DNA of 64,000 bases from Octopus sinensis (GCF_006345805.1 NC_043018.1:18104001-18168000); one strand, 5' to 3'; shown: positions 1-14,021, counted from the first letter of the stretch. A program made the numbers and translations. Notes: a model not told the origin generated them from the sequence alone.

Positions 1-754
1 TTTGATTCGTACACGGGATGTCAACATTTCGAGCGAGCAGGGAACTATAAATTAGCGTTATCAAAATCATCATATATTCCTAATACCTTATCAATATGTT
101 ATACGTTCGTGTGCATGAAGACAGTGTCAAGCCACTGGAGATTTGAGCGCGGACAAAAATTTAATAAACTAATAACACATTTAAGAATTTCCAAATCGTT
201 CTCAAATGACCGTGTGTGTGTACACGCCAATAATACCAAAGCATACCCAGTGTTCTCCCTTTGTCCTCAAGCATAGGCAACTATTCTCTAAGCATTTAGA
301 GAAATAAAGTTTAGACTTATGACAGTTACCTACCTTTTCTTTTCCTAGTTACCGGCAATTCCCACCAGGTTTAAGTTTCCTTTATCTTAGGGAGAATATT
401 CAATCAATTGAGAATATTTTGCTTACGTCATTCAGTCTCATTTGCATTTTCTTAATTGCCACCGTTAGCAAACTTCAATTATTCAGTTGGCACATTTTCA
501 TGCAAATTTCGCTACTGTCCAAATGTCATCAAATCTACTTTCTATACATCAAAATCTTTTGTCAACTGACCAAAGTAGATTTTAAGTGCGACCCTATGCT
601 GATAAGGTCAAAACGGTCTGAAACACGTGTGTAATTGTCTCCTTTATGCTAAGCATGCAATTGATTTAATGAAATTATATCTTAACTTTTTGAAAACATC
701 TCATTTCTCAGAGTCGCAAACAATTACCTCTCAGGTTTTGTTTCCTTTGTCCAA

Positions 755-1080
755 CGAAGCGGAAAATGTCAGCTAAATGTAAATTATTCGCATGCTTAGC
801 CATTAGCATCCCTGTCGATGGTTACGACAAAAAGGGTCATGGAATTATCCATGGTAGGAATATCCTTAAAAGAGGACATTCGAAACGAGATAATTCGAGA
901 AGGGAACGAGTGGATCCGTGCAGTTTCCGAGTAGTATCCAAAAGATCAGAAAAGGCCACTCGGATGGGGAGACGATCTGGTCAAGCAATTTGTCTCAAGA
1001 TGGAAAAAGATGATGCAGTTTATATAGAGTTGGAAGCGCATTGTAACCAACGGTGTATAACAACATCTGATGGTCTGGTC
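755..1080 (+). mobile_element. Degenerate 3' end of an RTE-clade LINE (ORF C-terminus plus 3' UTR)
   Basis: From 818 it reads MVTTKRVMELSMVGISLKEDIRNEIIR, then YPKDQKRPLGWGDDLVKQFVSRWKKMMQ. This resembles RTE C-termini (TQRAMERSMLGVSLRDRIRNEEIR...RW.DD). The 3' UTR at 1033-1080 matches the SINE A2 tail. Confidence 0.7.
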
Positions 1081-1569
1081 CAGCGCTGGATTAAGCATTA
1101 AGCAAAATAAGCACGTGCTTGAGACATCAACGGACAGGGGTACTACAGAAATGAAAATGGGTTACGGCACGAAAAGAATCACTTTAAACATGCTAAACTA
1201 ATATTCGTAATGCCTTATCTCTGCTAAGTATAGAAGCAGAAGCTTTATGTAAAATAAATTTTAAGGATATCATTGAACACTTTGCAATTAAAAAAAAATG
1301 AAGGAGGAAACTTTTCAAATATAAATAAAATGGAACCATTCACAAATAAACATTATTTTCTGTTTTTGGATTTGGTTTGCAAGATTCTTTATATGAGTTC
1401 GTGTGTTGAAGCATTATTTTCCATTTTACTCTTAACTTTGTTTCATTTTGAAAAATAAAAATCTATTTTATGGTTTATTATCGTTTACATTTTGAACCAT
1501 TTACATATACTTGAAGGCACCAGGATCTTTTAAGTGCTCAGGGACTCTATGCGTCTTAATCCGGCCCTA
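1081..1569. mobile_element. hAT-type MITE inserted in the RTE 3' UTR
   Basis: Imperfect TIRs CAGCGCTGGATTAAG / CTTAATCCGGCCCTA, with an 8-bp TSD gtctggtc (1073-1080) / gtctggac (1570-1577). Confidence 0.75.
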
Positions 1570-2490
1570 GTCTGGACCATAGTGGGATACTGTGATATAC
1601 ACATACGCACATATATATATATGTAGTTACTCGTGCGTGTGCAAAAATGAAATTCGTTAAACTGTTTAGAATATTTATAAAAGGAATATATAAATAGATA
1701 TATACATATATAAACCATATTATAATTTTAATGTGATATTTTTCATCCCGTCCACTTAAATGAATGGCTTTCAAGAAATTTATTCGGGTGTCAACAATAT
1801 AAAGCCTGCTTTAGAATATTACATTTTTCAACAAACGCAACAGGTATCTTTGAAATCTATTTACATACAGTCATGCGGTCTCCAAGTCGCTCACTATTAA
1901 CCGTAAATTTTGTATTATTTCTCCAAGAAAGACATTTCTCTTAATTTAAAATTTTCCTTCACTTCATTCAGTACAATATTTCTTAACTTATTTACATATT
2001 AATATGTATGGCAGTTATATCAAAATGTGTAGTCGGCAATTAGTTTGCTTCTGGGGATAATTTCCAAATTTGTAAAACTCATGTTGCATAGTTATGCATT
2101 TATTAAACGAGAGTCTTCATTTTCATTCATGTTTATTTGAATTATTATTCCGAACGCATAATCTTTAAAGCTGTTTTGAAAAATATTCCAAATATTTTTA
2201 CTAACCAGTGCGTTTTGAATTTTCTATATTTTGCAGCTTTCAGATTTCAGATATAGGTGAGAAAGCAAACCCTTACTGAATGCAGGGGCTCCTACCAAGG
2301 AGAAACGAGTCAAGTAGGAATAGTACGCAAACTTTTATAAGCAATAGGGCAACTTATAAAATTGAGTGGCACCACTCTCCTCAGCAAGCATTTTTTTTTT
2401 AGATATATATAATAGGATATGCTTTGAATAGTCCATTGTTTTAGTTCATTTCTGTAATTTTTTTCTTCCACTTCAACCGAAGTAAGGAAC

Positions 2491-2878
2491 GGGAGGCGCA
2501 ATGGCCCAGTGGTTAGGGCAGCGGACTCGCGGTCATAGGATCGCGGTTTCGATTTCCAGACCGGGCGTTGTGAGTGTTTATTGAGCGAAAACACTTAAAG
2601 CTCCACGAGGCTCCGGCAGGGGATGGTGGTGATCCCTGCTGTACTCTTTCACCACAACTTTCTCTCACTCTTACTTCCTGTTTCTGTTGTACCTGTATTT
2701 CAAAGGGCCGGCCTTGTCACTCTCTGTGTCACGCTGAATATCCCCGAGAACTACGTTAAGGGTACACGTGTCTGTGGAGTGCTCAGCCACTTACACGTTA
2801 ATTTTCACGAGCAGGCTGTTCCGTTGATTCGGATCAACCGGAACCCTCGTCGTCGTAACCGACGGAGTGCTTCCATCC
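2491..2878 (+). mobile_element. Full-length tRNA-derived SINE, family A1 (resembles octopus OR-type SINEs)
   Basis: Pol III A box TGGCCCAGTGG and B box GGTTTCGATT; near-identical to several other copies in the window; 10-bp TSD agtaaggaac at 2481-2490 and 2879-2888. Confidence 0.92.
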
Positions 2879-4102
2879 AGTAAGGAACAGTCAGTCCCAA
2901 TCATCGATGGTTCAAATTCCTACTTCTCTGATCTTTCTCACACAAAAGTTCGAGGATTAAAAAAACATGTCAAAAAACTTCTTACTGTGTCACCGGTTCT
3001 TTCTGTCAGCCAGTTGTTCTGGTTCAGTTGTGGCTACCATAGCTGTAGTAGCTTTGGTGCCGATCTTGATTTGAAACTTAGTAGAAGATTAACTAACCCT
3101 GTCAACCAGTTTTATGGAACGCAACCGGTGACATAACTGTCAGGTAACTATCAGAATATCGAAAGTTATTTAATCGACGGCCTCTGAAATACACACACAT
3201 ACACCCGCACACATACACACGCACACACACACACAAATATACACAGACACACTCACACACACACCGATCAAGCGTGTTACTGAAACGAAATACTCTGTGA
3301 ATTAATTGTATAGTAACTGCACTGTAATATATCTTCACTTGTCTTTATAAAGCATTTATATCGCTGTAAAATATCTTTAAATATATTGGTTACAGTTAGC
3401 TATCAACACTGCATCTTGTTTAAATGCTATATGATAAATAATGGTACCCAGCAGAATTCCGTCTCGTTTAAAGACGTCATGTGCATATTTTCCAATGAAT
3501 CTTCTATAAATATAAACTAAGTTACCGGGTACTTTATCGAGGAGGGAAATGAAGTACAAAATACAATAAATTTAAGTCTGTGAGAGAAATGAAGCTATGT
3601 AACATTTTAGATATTTATCGATGAAAGAAAACTTGGTGGGATCTTCAATTTACTTTCACATTTACGTATCATATAACATAAATCATTTGCATTCTGTCAA
3701 ACCTATTCGAACAATATTCATACTTCCGAGCCGTTCCAGTAATTATACTGTTCATGATTTATTGAAAAGCATTATGGAAATAGGAAGACAAACTTTATCG
3801 AATATTTTTGCTAACGAGTTTCTGTTCACTTTCCAAATGCATTCGCTTCTACTTTCGAATGAATGCGATTCCCTTCCGTAACACAAGAAAAAAGAAAATA
3901 TGGCCGACTTTGTGAAAGAAATGAAGATAATCATTCGCAAATGCCAAATAGCTTTGTGAATGTCTCGAAATTGTACAGCCACTTTATACACATACATAGA
4001 GATTCAAAAGTGCAAACACACAACACACTCACGCAGTATCTATTTCTCTCTCATTGGATGGAGTACTTTTCTTTTTGATTCTACTTCAACGGAACATTAA
4101 AC

Positions 4103-4163
<61 letters not shown>

Positions 4164-4166
<3 letters not shown>

Positions 4167-4434
4167 GGTGCAGGGAATAAACTGTTGTCTAAATTGCGCA
4201 AAATTGAAAATAACATTGACATCTCATTTTAACAGATATATCTACAAACATTTCATTAAAATATCTCGAAATACTAAAGAGTAAACTTATTCAATCAAAT
4301 CGCCATTGGCTTCAACCACGGCCCCCCAGACGACATCGGGTTCTCACGCAATGCTTCTGGACAGTCTCCTTGTTTAAGATGGTTAGTGCTGCCATAATCC
4401 TTGCCTGCAGATCATCTTTGGTGTTACAAGGTGT
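4164..4434 (-). mobile_element. Tc1/mariner (maT/DD37D-like) transposon 3' relic
   Basis: TA+CAGGGTG terminus in a (TA)n tract. The minus strand encodes PCNTKDDLQARIMAALTILNKETVQK...AVVEANGDLIE* (frameshifted). Confidence 0.8.
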
Positions 4435-4899
4435 TACAACGAATGTTTTTTTTTTAATGCATGTAGAAAAATACAGAGATTACGAATCCGGGAAATAATT
4501 TGTTTGTTAAGTTTAACTTTTCTGAAATTAATTACTCAATCGATCGATACTCCATACTGCAAAATCGGTACTCAGTTTTCTAATGCATAAGGAAGATACG
4601 CACACACACGCACGCGCCGACACACACACGCACGCTCCAACACACACACGCACGCGCCGACACACACACGCACAAACTATCTTTTATATATATGGAAATG
4701 TCCTTTTCTGTCGCTCTCCCTATCTGTCTCTCACATTCTCTGTGTGTCTATCTCTTCCTGTTTCCTCCACTTCCCTGTTATCAGTCAACCACATTATGCC
4801 ACATTTCTTTGAACCTAACACTTTTGGACCCCTCTCATTTTATCATGTAATAGCCCAACACCCGTAGTCGTGTACATTATCGTTTTTTATTGAAATCCA

Positions 4900-5018
4900 A
4901 TTATCCTATAATTGAACAGGATGTTAGTTCAACATGTACACAAAGTTTGGTGAAAATTTGTTCCCTGATTTGGGCAGCAAGATGGTAACAGACAGACGGA
5001 GAGACAGAAATTGCCATT

Positions 5019-5027
<9 letters not shown>
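4900..5027 (-). mobile_element. Probable 5' end of a non-autonomous Helitron
   Basis: Minus strand reads atatataaatggcaatttctgtctctccgtctgtctgtt...ttcaccaaactt, the same 5' architecture as the Helitrons at 47682 and 54854. Confidence 0.4.
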
Positions 5028-5055
<28 letters not shown>

Positions 5056-5283
5056 CACTGGTGTGTGTGTGTGCACGTGCGTTTGTGTGTGTGCGAGCGT
5101 ATGAGTTTATGTGTGCATGTGTGTGTGCATCTATGTGCTTACCTGCGTGCGTGTATGCGTGTGTGTGTGTGTACGTATGAGTGTGCGCGCGTATGTGTGT
5201 GTGCATGTATGTGTGCGTGCGTGTGTGTATATGTGTATGTGTGTGTGTGTGGTGTCTGTGTGTGTGTGTGTCTGTGTGTGTGT
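5025..5283. repeat. Imperfect (GT)n microsatellite
   Basis: Direct reading. Confidence 0.95.
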
Positions 5284-5519
5284 CCTAAAACACAGCACAA
5301 TACACTTTACAAAAATAAAATAGTTTGATGGTATTTACCTGGTATTTCAATATTCTGCGAATGCCAACTTTTCTCTGAAGACTTCCTCAGGGACGGTTTC
5401 TAGACTGCAAATGCTGAAGTGTCAGGTAAAACTAACAACCTTACGTTGTTTTTATTAATTGCGTTGGTTTGGCCTTTAAAATTATATAATATAGGTATAT
5501 ATAGATATAGGTGTAAAAT

Positions 5520-5860
<341 letters not shown>

Positions 5861-5865
5861 AACTC

Positions 5866-6006
5866 TAAGAATCTTGCTTCCCAACTACATGGTTCCGAGT
5901 TCAGTCCATCTGCGTGGCACCTTGGGCAAGTATTTTCTACTATAGCCTGTGTCGGATCAAATACTTCTGAGTAGATTTAGAAGACCGAAACTGAAATACG
6001 CATGTC

Positions 6007-6037
<31 letters not shown>

Positions 6038-6230
6038 TGTGTGAGTGTCTGCTTTGTCTCCCCTCCCCCAATATGGCTTGACAACCGATGTTGATGTGTG
6101 TACTTCCCTGTAACTTAGCGGTCCGGCAAAAGAAACCGATAGAATAAGTACTAAGCTGACAAAGCATAATTTCTGGGGTCCATTTGCTCGTCTAAAGGCG
6201 GTGCTCCAGCATGGCCACAGTGAAATGACT
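5866..6230 (+). mobile_element. SINE family B (tRNA head, CORE-like ccttgggcaag, internal GT tract), diverged
   Basis: Aligns to the reverse complement of 60902-61325 and ends in ggcggtgctccagcatggccacagtgaaatgactg. Confidence 0.85.
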
Positions 6231-6539
6231 GCTCGGTGATATTGGTGATGGAAGAGACTGAATTTGACGAGATTTTATCATCATTCGTTCTATTTCTTCT
6301 TTTTTTTTTCTTCTGGCACCCTCAAACATTTGGGTTCCGATGGTGATGGAATACCGCCCGCTGATACAGTCCTGGGCTTGTGTTTCAGGTGATTTAGGCT
6401 CAAATCCAGTGGATTTCAGAGTTGTTTCAGTTGGCCCTTGTATCTTTGGAGAGGGCAACCCGTGGTCGTTTCTCTGAAATGAGCTAGGGGAATAAGACTA
6501 AGCGTGGAACCTTGACTTTTCCATTCTTGCTACATGTTC

Positions 6540-6625
6540 CGACCATTGAGCTTCAATATACTGATGACAACGCTACACTCTATCGTTCAGAAGAACTCCA
6601 ACAGTCTATGAACAATTCAAGTCTT
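6540..6625 (+). pseudogene. Possible RTE-like reverse-transcriptase relic
   Basis: IELQYTDDNATLYRSEELQQSMN resembles the RTE motif LQYADD..L...SEEELQ; short and degenerate. Confidence 0.4.
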
Positions 6626-8796
6626 AAAAGAACAGAAACCGAATCCGGCAAACCGCAACAAAAATGGCGACTAGAGAAACAACTACTTTCCAAATACCAT
6701 GCACAAATATGCATAATACAACGATAATGATAGGAAGAACAATATATCAGCTGCACATTCAAGAACATTGATTAGCAGACGAAAGAAGAGTGTACCAAAA
6801 ATACTGAAGAATCAATTTACCGAAATATATTGAAGTTCTGCGGATTAACTTATGAAAATATACAAATCGTTCTACTAGAACGATGATGGGATAAAAATTG
6901 GTTTTAAATCGCAGAAAAGAATTGAAGATAGAATATAAAACATTCATAAGATAAATTGAGAAAGGAAAATCATATGCCGAAAGAAGTAGGACAATCATAT
7001 TCAACGTATCAAAGGCTCAAACTATTGTTTAATGATTTCAAACTGAGTAAAAGTGATGAGAAAAAAAGGGCGCTTCCAAAAATTATAACATTGACATTTT
7101 TATTTCCAAAGAACTGAATGTCTTCAAAGAATTCTCTGAGTTTTCTAAGAAATACGACTAAGATTCAAGTAGCTCAAAACGAAGTCTTCTACAGGAGGAA
7201 TTTCACCAGGAACTTCTTCCAATAAAACATTAATATTTCCAAGAGAACGTAGGACAGATTCGATAAATCAACTCAGAATTGAAGAATAAGTGTTGGCAAA
7301 AATAGGCTAAACATGAACAGCCCTTCTCTCGATCAAATTAAGAGATACAAGGATATAATATGGCTACTGAACAAGATAAAATGGAGACTGGTAATACTTC
7401 TACGAAAACATTAATCGATATTTTAAGAAATTAGATAAGGGAGTGGAATTTACATGTACTTTTCCAGAAGGTGCACATTCCTGAAATGAAAAGCGTATTT
7501 ACAGAATTCTGCTGCAAACGAATTCTGACGAACTGTTTTTGGAAACTGAAAGCAATGTAGCTAAAAATGAAATGAATTGTTTTCTACAGAAAGGAAAGAA
7601 AGTGCAAGTTACTTAAGATTTACTGTGAACACCTCATGAACACCGTTGAAATGATCGAAAATAAAATCATAAAATCCAGTTTCTCAAAACAACGTGTAGT
7701 TCATATAGGTAAAGAATCTGTACATAGGATAGGGGTTAGAAATCAATATATAAAAATACGGGTCAAATTTTCCACCGTATGAAAATAAAAGAAACAGTGA
7801 TGTCTCTATTGGGAATCGAGAATGGTTTGAAAGCACAACAAAATATGTGTATGCTATGAGCACACTACCATTCCTCAGTTCCGTGACTAATATTTCTTGA
7901 CAAGACAATTAATTAGTAATTTTACTTCAGATAACTAGCTTGAAAATCAATTAGGTGATCGATTGCTCTGATGTCATATGATGCAATTACACTTGTGTTA
8001 TTGAGTGGTGTGTATTGACATTCTCCAGTAGGTCAACCACAAGTTTTGTTGTTTGGATTTGAAGGACTGAAGCAAAAGATAGAAAATTAGAGCAATGGAG
8101 TAGCATAACCATGAGAGCGCCGGAAACTGTGTTGTAGTATTTTGTAACTCATCTTTACATTCTAAGTTCAGGTTCTGCTGAGGTCACCTTTTCCTTTCAT
8201 CTTTCTGCATAAAGAAACAGTCAAGCACTTCTGATCGATTTTATTGACTATACCGTTCACTAAAATGTGATGAGTTGTATTGATGCTAGAAATCAATGCT
8301 CCACATTCATTCCTAATGCCTGATAACGATTTAGTGTGATGGAAGCCATATTTTCTTTAGTTATACTGTATTAGTATATATATCAATGAAATGAAGAAAT
8401 TTCAATAGTCACTAGTTAATCGCTAGTAACATCTCACATTCTTTTGAATTATGAAATACAGGCTAATTTTGTGTAGGAGTTTACGGAATTAGTAGCATAC
8501 GAAATATCTGCAAGTAATATTAACTAAAATATTTGTTTTCTTTTTTTAGTTTAGTTTGCAAACCGTCTATTTGCTATACACGCCAACAATGGAGTCTCTA
8601 CGAACCCGTTTGGACAGCTAGAAATACTAATGAGTCGCTTTCAAACTACACCATGCCATCTTAGAAAAAAGATCACAGTGAATAATTGAATACTCCGTTC
8701 AATACACCTGAGAAAGGAATAGGATGTCGCGGCTGGAATACCAGCAATCATAAGGCTGACTTTGGGCTAAACAAGAGCAATGCTGTATTCATGTTA

Positions 8797-9029
8797 GGTG
8801 GCGAGCTGGCAGAAACATTAGCGCGCCGGGCGAAATGCTTAGCGATATTTCGTCTGTCGTTACGTTCTGAGTTCAAATTCCGCCGAGGTCGACTTTGCCT
8901 TTCATCCTTTCGTGGTCGATAAATAAAGTACCAGTTTCGCACTGGGGTCGATGTAATCGACTTAATCCCTTTGTCTGTCCTTGTTTGTCCCTTCTATGTT
9001 TAGCCCCTTGTGGGCAATAAAGAAATATA
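8797..9029 (+). mobile_element. SINE family C, full length
   Basis: Head ggtggcgagctggcagaa...gagttcaaattcc, central gcctttcatcctttcg.ggtcgataaa motif (Meta/RUDI-like from recall), tail gtgggcaataaagaaa. Possible degenerate TSD tattcatgtta/tatccatgcta. Confidence 0.9.
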
Positions 9030-9287
9030 TATCCATGCTATATTCTATGTAAACGGTGGTTGCATTAATATATGGTACCGTTTCCTTCGTTGCATCTCCA
9101 TGTTTGGTAAATCAGTGTTCTTTTGTGTAAAACACAGAACTTCAGTTTCTAGTAATTTAGAATCTTTCAGGCAATAATTTTTTCTGGTACACTTACAAGT
9201 GCTACAGCTCTAGCCTTGAGTCTAACTTTGGTTTAAAGAAAAGCAACAGCAGTACAACAACCACAACATCTCTGAGATGATCCAACT

Positions 9288-9467
9288 CTATCTATCTATC
9301 CGCTCAGTCGAAGTCGACTCTCAGTGACTCGTTGGATGAGTGTCCTCCAGTCAGTTCTATCCTGGGCCGTTTCTTTCAGATTGGCTATGTCCATTCCGGT
9401 ATCACTTTTGATGGTGTCAAGCCAGCGGGTTCTTGGTTGGCCTCTTCCTCTCTTGCCACTGACCATT
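9288..9467 (-). mobile_element. RTE/BovB-like LINE 3' end
   Basis: GMVSGKRGRGQPRTRWLDTIKSDTGMDIANLKETAQDRTDWRTLIQRVTESRLRLSG* is a typical BovB-type C-terminus, followed by a (TAGA)n tail. Confidence 0.9.
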
Positions 9468-9553
9468 CCGGGGTCGAGTTGCTCGATTAAAGGCGGTGCT
9501 CCAGCATGGCCGCACTCAAATGACTGAAACAAGTAAAAGAGTAAAGAGAGTAA
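9468..9553 (+). mobile_element. SINE B 3' tail fragment
   Basis: ggcggtgctccagcatggccgcactcaaatgactgaaacaagtaaaagagtaaagag. Confidence 0.85.
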
Positions 9554-9639
9554 TAATGCTCTGAAGAATTGGAAGAAGTTGCCATGACAAATTGATGGAC
9601 GGTAGTAGTTTTGTATAAGCTTGTGCATGAAGATATGAG

Positions 9640-10300
9640 TGTATGTGTGTGTGAATGAGTCCGTCTGTCTATCTGTGTCTGTGTCTCGGTGTGAGTGCAT
9701 CTGTCTGTCTATCTGTGTTCCCATGTGTGGTGTGTGTATGAGTCTGTCTGTCTGTCTGTGTCTGTGCCTCTGTGTGAGTGCATCTGTCTGTCTATCTGTG
9801 TTCCCATGTGTGTGTGTGTATGAGTCTGACTGTCTATCTGTGTCTGTGTCTCGGTGTGAGTGCATCTGTCTGTCTATCTGTGTTCCCATGTGTGTGTGTG
9901 TATGAGTCTGTCTATCTACCTGTGTCTGTGTCTCTGTGTGAGTGCATCTGTCTGTCTATCTGTGTTCCCATGTGTGTATGTGTATGAGTCTGTCTGTCTA
10001 TCTGTGTCTGTGTCTCGGTGTGAGTGCATCTGTCTGTCTATCTGTGTTCCCATGTGTGTGTGTGTATGAGTCTGTCTGTCTATCTGTGTCTGTGTCTCGG
10101 TGTGAGTGCATCTGTCTGTCTATCTGTGTTCCCATGTGCGTGTGTGAATGAGTCCGTCTGTCTATCTGTGTCTGTGTCTCTGTGTGAGTGCATCTGTCTG
10201 TCTATCTGTGTTCCCATGTGTGTATGTGTATGAGTCTGTCTGTCTATCTGTGTCTGTGTGTTTGTGAGTTTCGTCTGTCTGTCTATCTGTGCTTCCATGT
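9640..10300. repeat. 82-bp minisatellite, about 7-8 copies
   Basis: The unit ...atgagtctgtctgtctatctgtgtctgtgtctcggtgtgagtgcatctgtctgtctatctgtgttcccatgtgtg... recurs every 82 bp (ORF starts at 9778, 9860, 9942, 10024). Confidence 0.95.
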
Positions 10301-10709
10301 TTGTGTATGTGTGTTCACGCATGCGCGTGTTTGCCATCAAGTCTCTACCCGACCATTGTTCTCTTCGGTCTCTTATAACATTCTGATTGCATGAATATAT
10401 CGACGTACTCAGATACAATACAGAGAGCCTCCACAGTCGCTTCTAGTAAATCACATAACAATACTTATGAAATAAGTATTATCTACGTAATTATTATTTG
10501 ATGGAAAGATAAAAAAGTTTTTAACCTCGTTATTAAGTTTCAATCACCAGTCTGAAAGAATTAATATATTTGACTTCGTTTAGGATTTTAATTGGAGTGA
10601 TGCGTCGGAATGATGCGCCATTCAGTCGCCGAAAGAAGCTTCTTAGATTTCAAAAATATCACGCACATCAGAATTATATTTAAACGACTAACTAAAATCT
10701 AACGTTTTT

Positions 10710-11292
<583 letters not shown>

Positions 11293-12020
11293 ATATTTTT
11301 GTAACTGCCTAAATATCTGTCTATCTAACAATCAATCTATCAATTTATCTGTACTTCGGTCTATCAATCTCCTTCTATATACGCGTGTGAGGTGTTTATA
11401 CGTATTCTACATACGTACATACACATACAGCCATACTTACACGCATGCATATGCTTATCGACGTATGTATAATTTCCTTATGGTGGTATTTTGGAGTTAT
11501 TAATTAGAAATTATTTATCTAGTCTAAGGCTATTTATGGACAATATATATATCTTTTCGTTTTATTCCTTACCCTATTCCCCCTACCCTATTCCCCCCAC
11601 CCAACGTTTTCAATTCTTCCTCCTCTCTTCTGCATCTCCTCTATGTAAAGTTTATCGCTGCTGCTACCACTACTACCACAATTGCTGCTGCTGCTGCTAC
11701 TGCTACTTTATTAAGCGTGGTTTCGTGTGGGACAACAGGAAATTGATGGATATATTCTTAATTCAGTATTTCAGGTTTTATGAAATACAAATTCACGCTG
11801 AGACGTATGTGTTTATGTTGGCACATATATATGTATATATACATATATGCTCACACAAGTGCACACATGCACAAACACACACACATGCACAAACACACAC
11901 ACACACACACAGACATATATATATATATATATATATATATAAACATACGTACATATATATACCTACACATATATACGTATGTATATATATATATATGTAT
12001 AAGTATATATATATATATAT

Positions 12021-12108
<88 letters not shown>

Positions 12109-12316
12109 CAAATATATACAAACAAAAAAACTCACCTATATATATATACCTACAAAAATAATATTTTTATAAACAAACCCGAAAGGCTTTGCGAGTTACG
12201 GAGAGAAAGCTAATATGGGAGACTCATTTTTGGGTCATTTGTTTACATTTAAAAATTGTCGCTTTAAAATCGGAGATTAAATATCATTACGATATATATT
12301 ATATACAGTCATTGCA

Positions 12317-12359
<43 letters not shown>

Positions 12360-12379
12360 TATTATTTTATATTACATAT

Positions 12380-12418
<39 letters not shown>

Positions 12419-12423
<5 letters not shown>

Positions 12424-13022
12424 GCGTAAGATATTTCAGGACAGATTTATGTTTATTAAAAAAAAACAGTTATATAATAACAGATAATAACTTTAGTTAT
12501 CGAAAAATGCTATCAGGAAAAAATAAACCTTCTCTTCTATAATGTTATTCAATAAAACCATCTTCAGCTTCAACAACTGCTTCTATATGAGATCTAAATC
12601 ATCTACATGCTCGAATCAAGTGGTCCTGGTTCATCTTGGACATTACTCTGACTATGGCAGCTTTCAAAGAATCTATGGTGTTATAGGTGTGTTCATTGAC
12701 CTCTCTCTCTCTCTCAAGAACGATCTACAGGTAATAGTCCAATGGATTGAGATCTTGGCAATTAGGACGCCAGATGTTAGGAGTTATGTGATCATGAACA
12801 TTTTCAGCCATCTATTCTTGTGTCACTAGAGCCACGTGTGATAGTGCATACACTGTCTGTCCAGGGCTTAACAATTATTTCCGGGATCTCAATGTAGGCG
12901 GCAGTGTTAACTCTAAGACCTTGTGGAAAGAAGTAAAGAAGCATCACATGTCCTTCATTCGAAATTGTTCTATGCATCACACTTAGAACTTCAGAAGGGT
13001 CTGCATATAACCATCTGTCATT
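12419..13022 (-). mobile_element. maT/DD37D-like mariner transposase relic with 3' terminus
   Basis: Minus strand: NDRWLYADPSEV...GHVMLLYFFPQGLRVNTAAYIEI...HDHITPNIWRPNCQDLNPLDYY...SLKAAIVRVM...EAVVEAEDGFIE*, with stops. AGGGTG terminus next to (TA)n. Confidence 0.88.
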
Positions 13023-13042
13023 TCTTCTGTTAACGTTTTGAT

Positions 13043-13437
13043 CTTATTATTTAACACAGTCACTGGTAAAGTTTTCACTCATTTATTTACTTATCTAAAC
13101 TTTTCGTTGCGTCTTGCAACCTTTTCAATAGTTGCTGACTCTGTCCGTTATCCAAGGTGCGTTCTTTTTATTTGTTTGTGCGCATGTTTGTCTGTGCATA
13201 CACATGTATATATGTATGAATTTACGTATGTATGTAAGTATGCATACATATAAGTGTGTGTATGCATGTATACATGTATGTATGTGTATGCGTGTGTGCA
13301 CAAACAAAAAGGACACAGATCAGATAACGGTCAAAGTCAACGACTATTGAAAAGGTGGCAAGACGCATCGAAAATTTTAGGAAAAATAAATACGTAAATG
13401 AGTGGAAATTTTACTTGTGAGTGAGTTAAATAATAAG
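13043..13437. repeat. About 110-bp imperfect inverted repeat with a microsatellite spacer
   Basis: 13043-13152 (cttattatttaac...ttttcaatag...ccgttatc) is the approximate reverse complement of 13323-13437. Confidence 0.85.
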
Positions 13438-14021
13438 GCACTAAAAAAGAATGACTCCCTGTAGACACAACTAAATATGCTTCAACACAGAACTCACATG
13501 AATCTTACAAACCAGAAACGAAATATTTAATAATAGTTTTATGAAAAAAATATAATTTGAGCAAAAGAAAATTTAAGAGAGATTGAATGAAATATTATAA
13601 TTATCCCAAAACTCACGTGCCTTGAGAGAAATGCGTGGGCTCCGAACATCTTAGAACACTTAATGCAGACTTTATGCATTTCGACTTCAAGTACGAAAGA
13701 TATAGATTTTGATTTACGACATTTATCAATAAAATATAGCTGTGAGCCCAATCTCATGTCGCTCTGTGAGAGCATGTAATAGATAATAAATCTCAATTAG
13801 ATATTCATTAGCGTATACTGAAATCCATGAGCTGATTTCATCTCACACGACACTCTGCCAAGTAACATCATGGTAAAGTAATACTTTTGAAATAACCTGA
13901 AATGAATTGTAAATTGTTTAGTAATTCCGGTGGAGCTTTATGCTAATTACTAAAAATGCATAAACTTGTTTCGAATCAGTAGCCTTCGTTGTTTCCTATT
14001 TCCTCACAGCATACAAAGTAA

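Noticed and set aside
2225-2262. Possible micro-exon (ttttgcag...atag|gtgaga); also an acceptor-like ttttttcag at 35650
   Set aside because: Splice-like motifs are common, and there is no coding or transcript support.
2491-2565. tRNA gene
   Set aside because: A and B boxes are present, but it is the head of a repeated SINE with a TSD and has no proper acceptor stem.
2623-2883. Recurrent MVVIPAVLFHHNFLS... ORF in several places
   Set aside because: Chance frame within SINE A1; its end varies with indels and it has no domain features.
5365-5410. CTGAAGA/CTGAGGA and GAAAC words suggesting a hammerhead
   Set aside because: Stems I and II cannot be closed in either orientation.
9640-10270. CRISPR-like regular repeats (also 32099, 52038, 55825)
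   Set aside because: No unique spacers or cas genes; eukaryotic tandem repeats.
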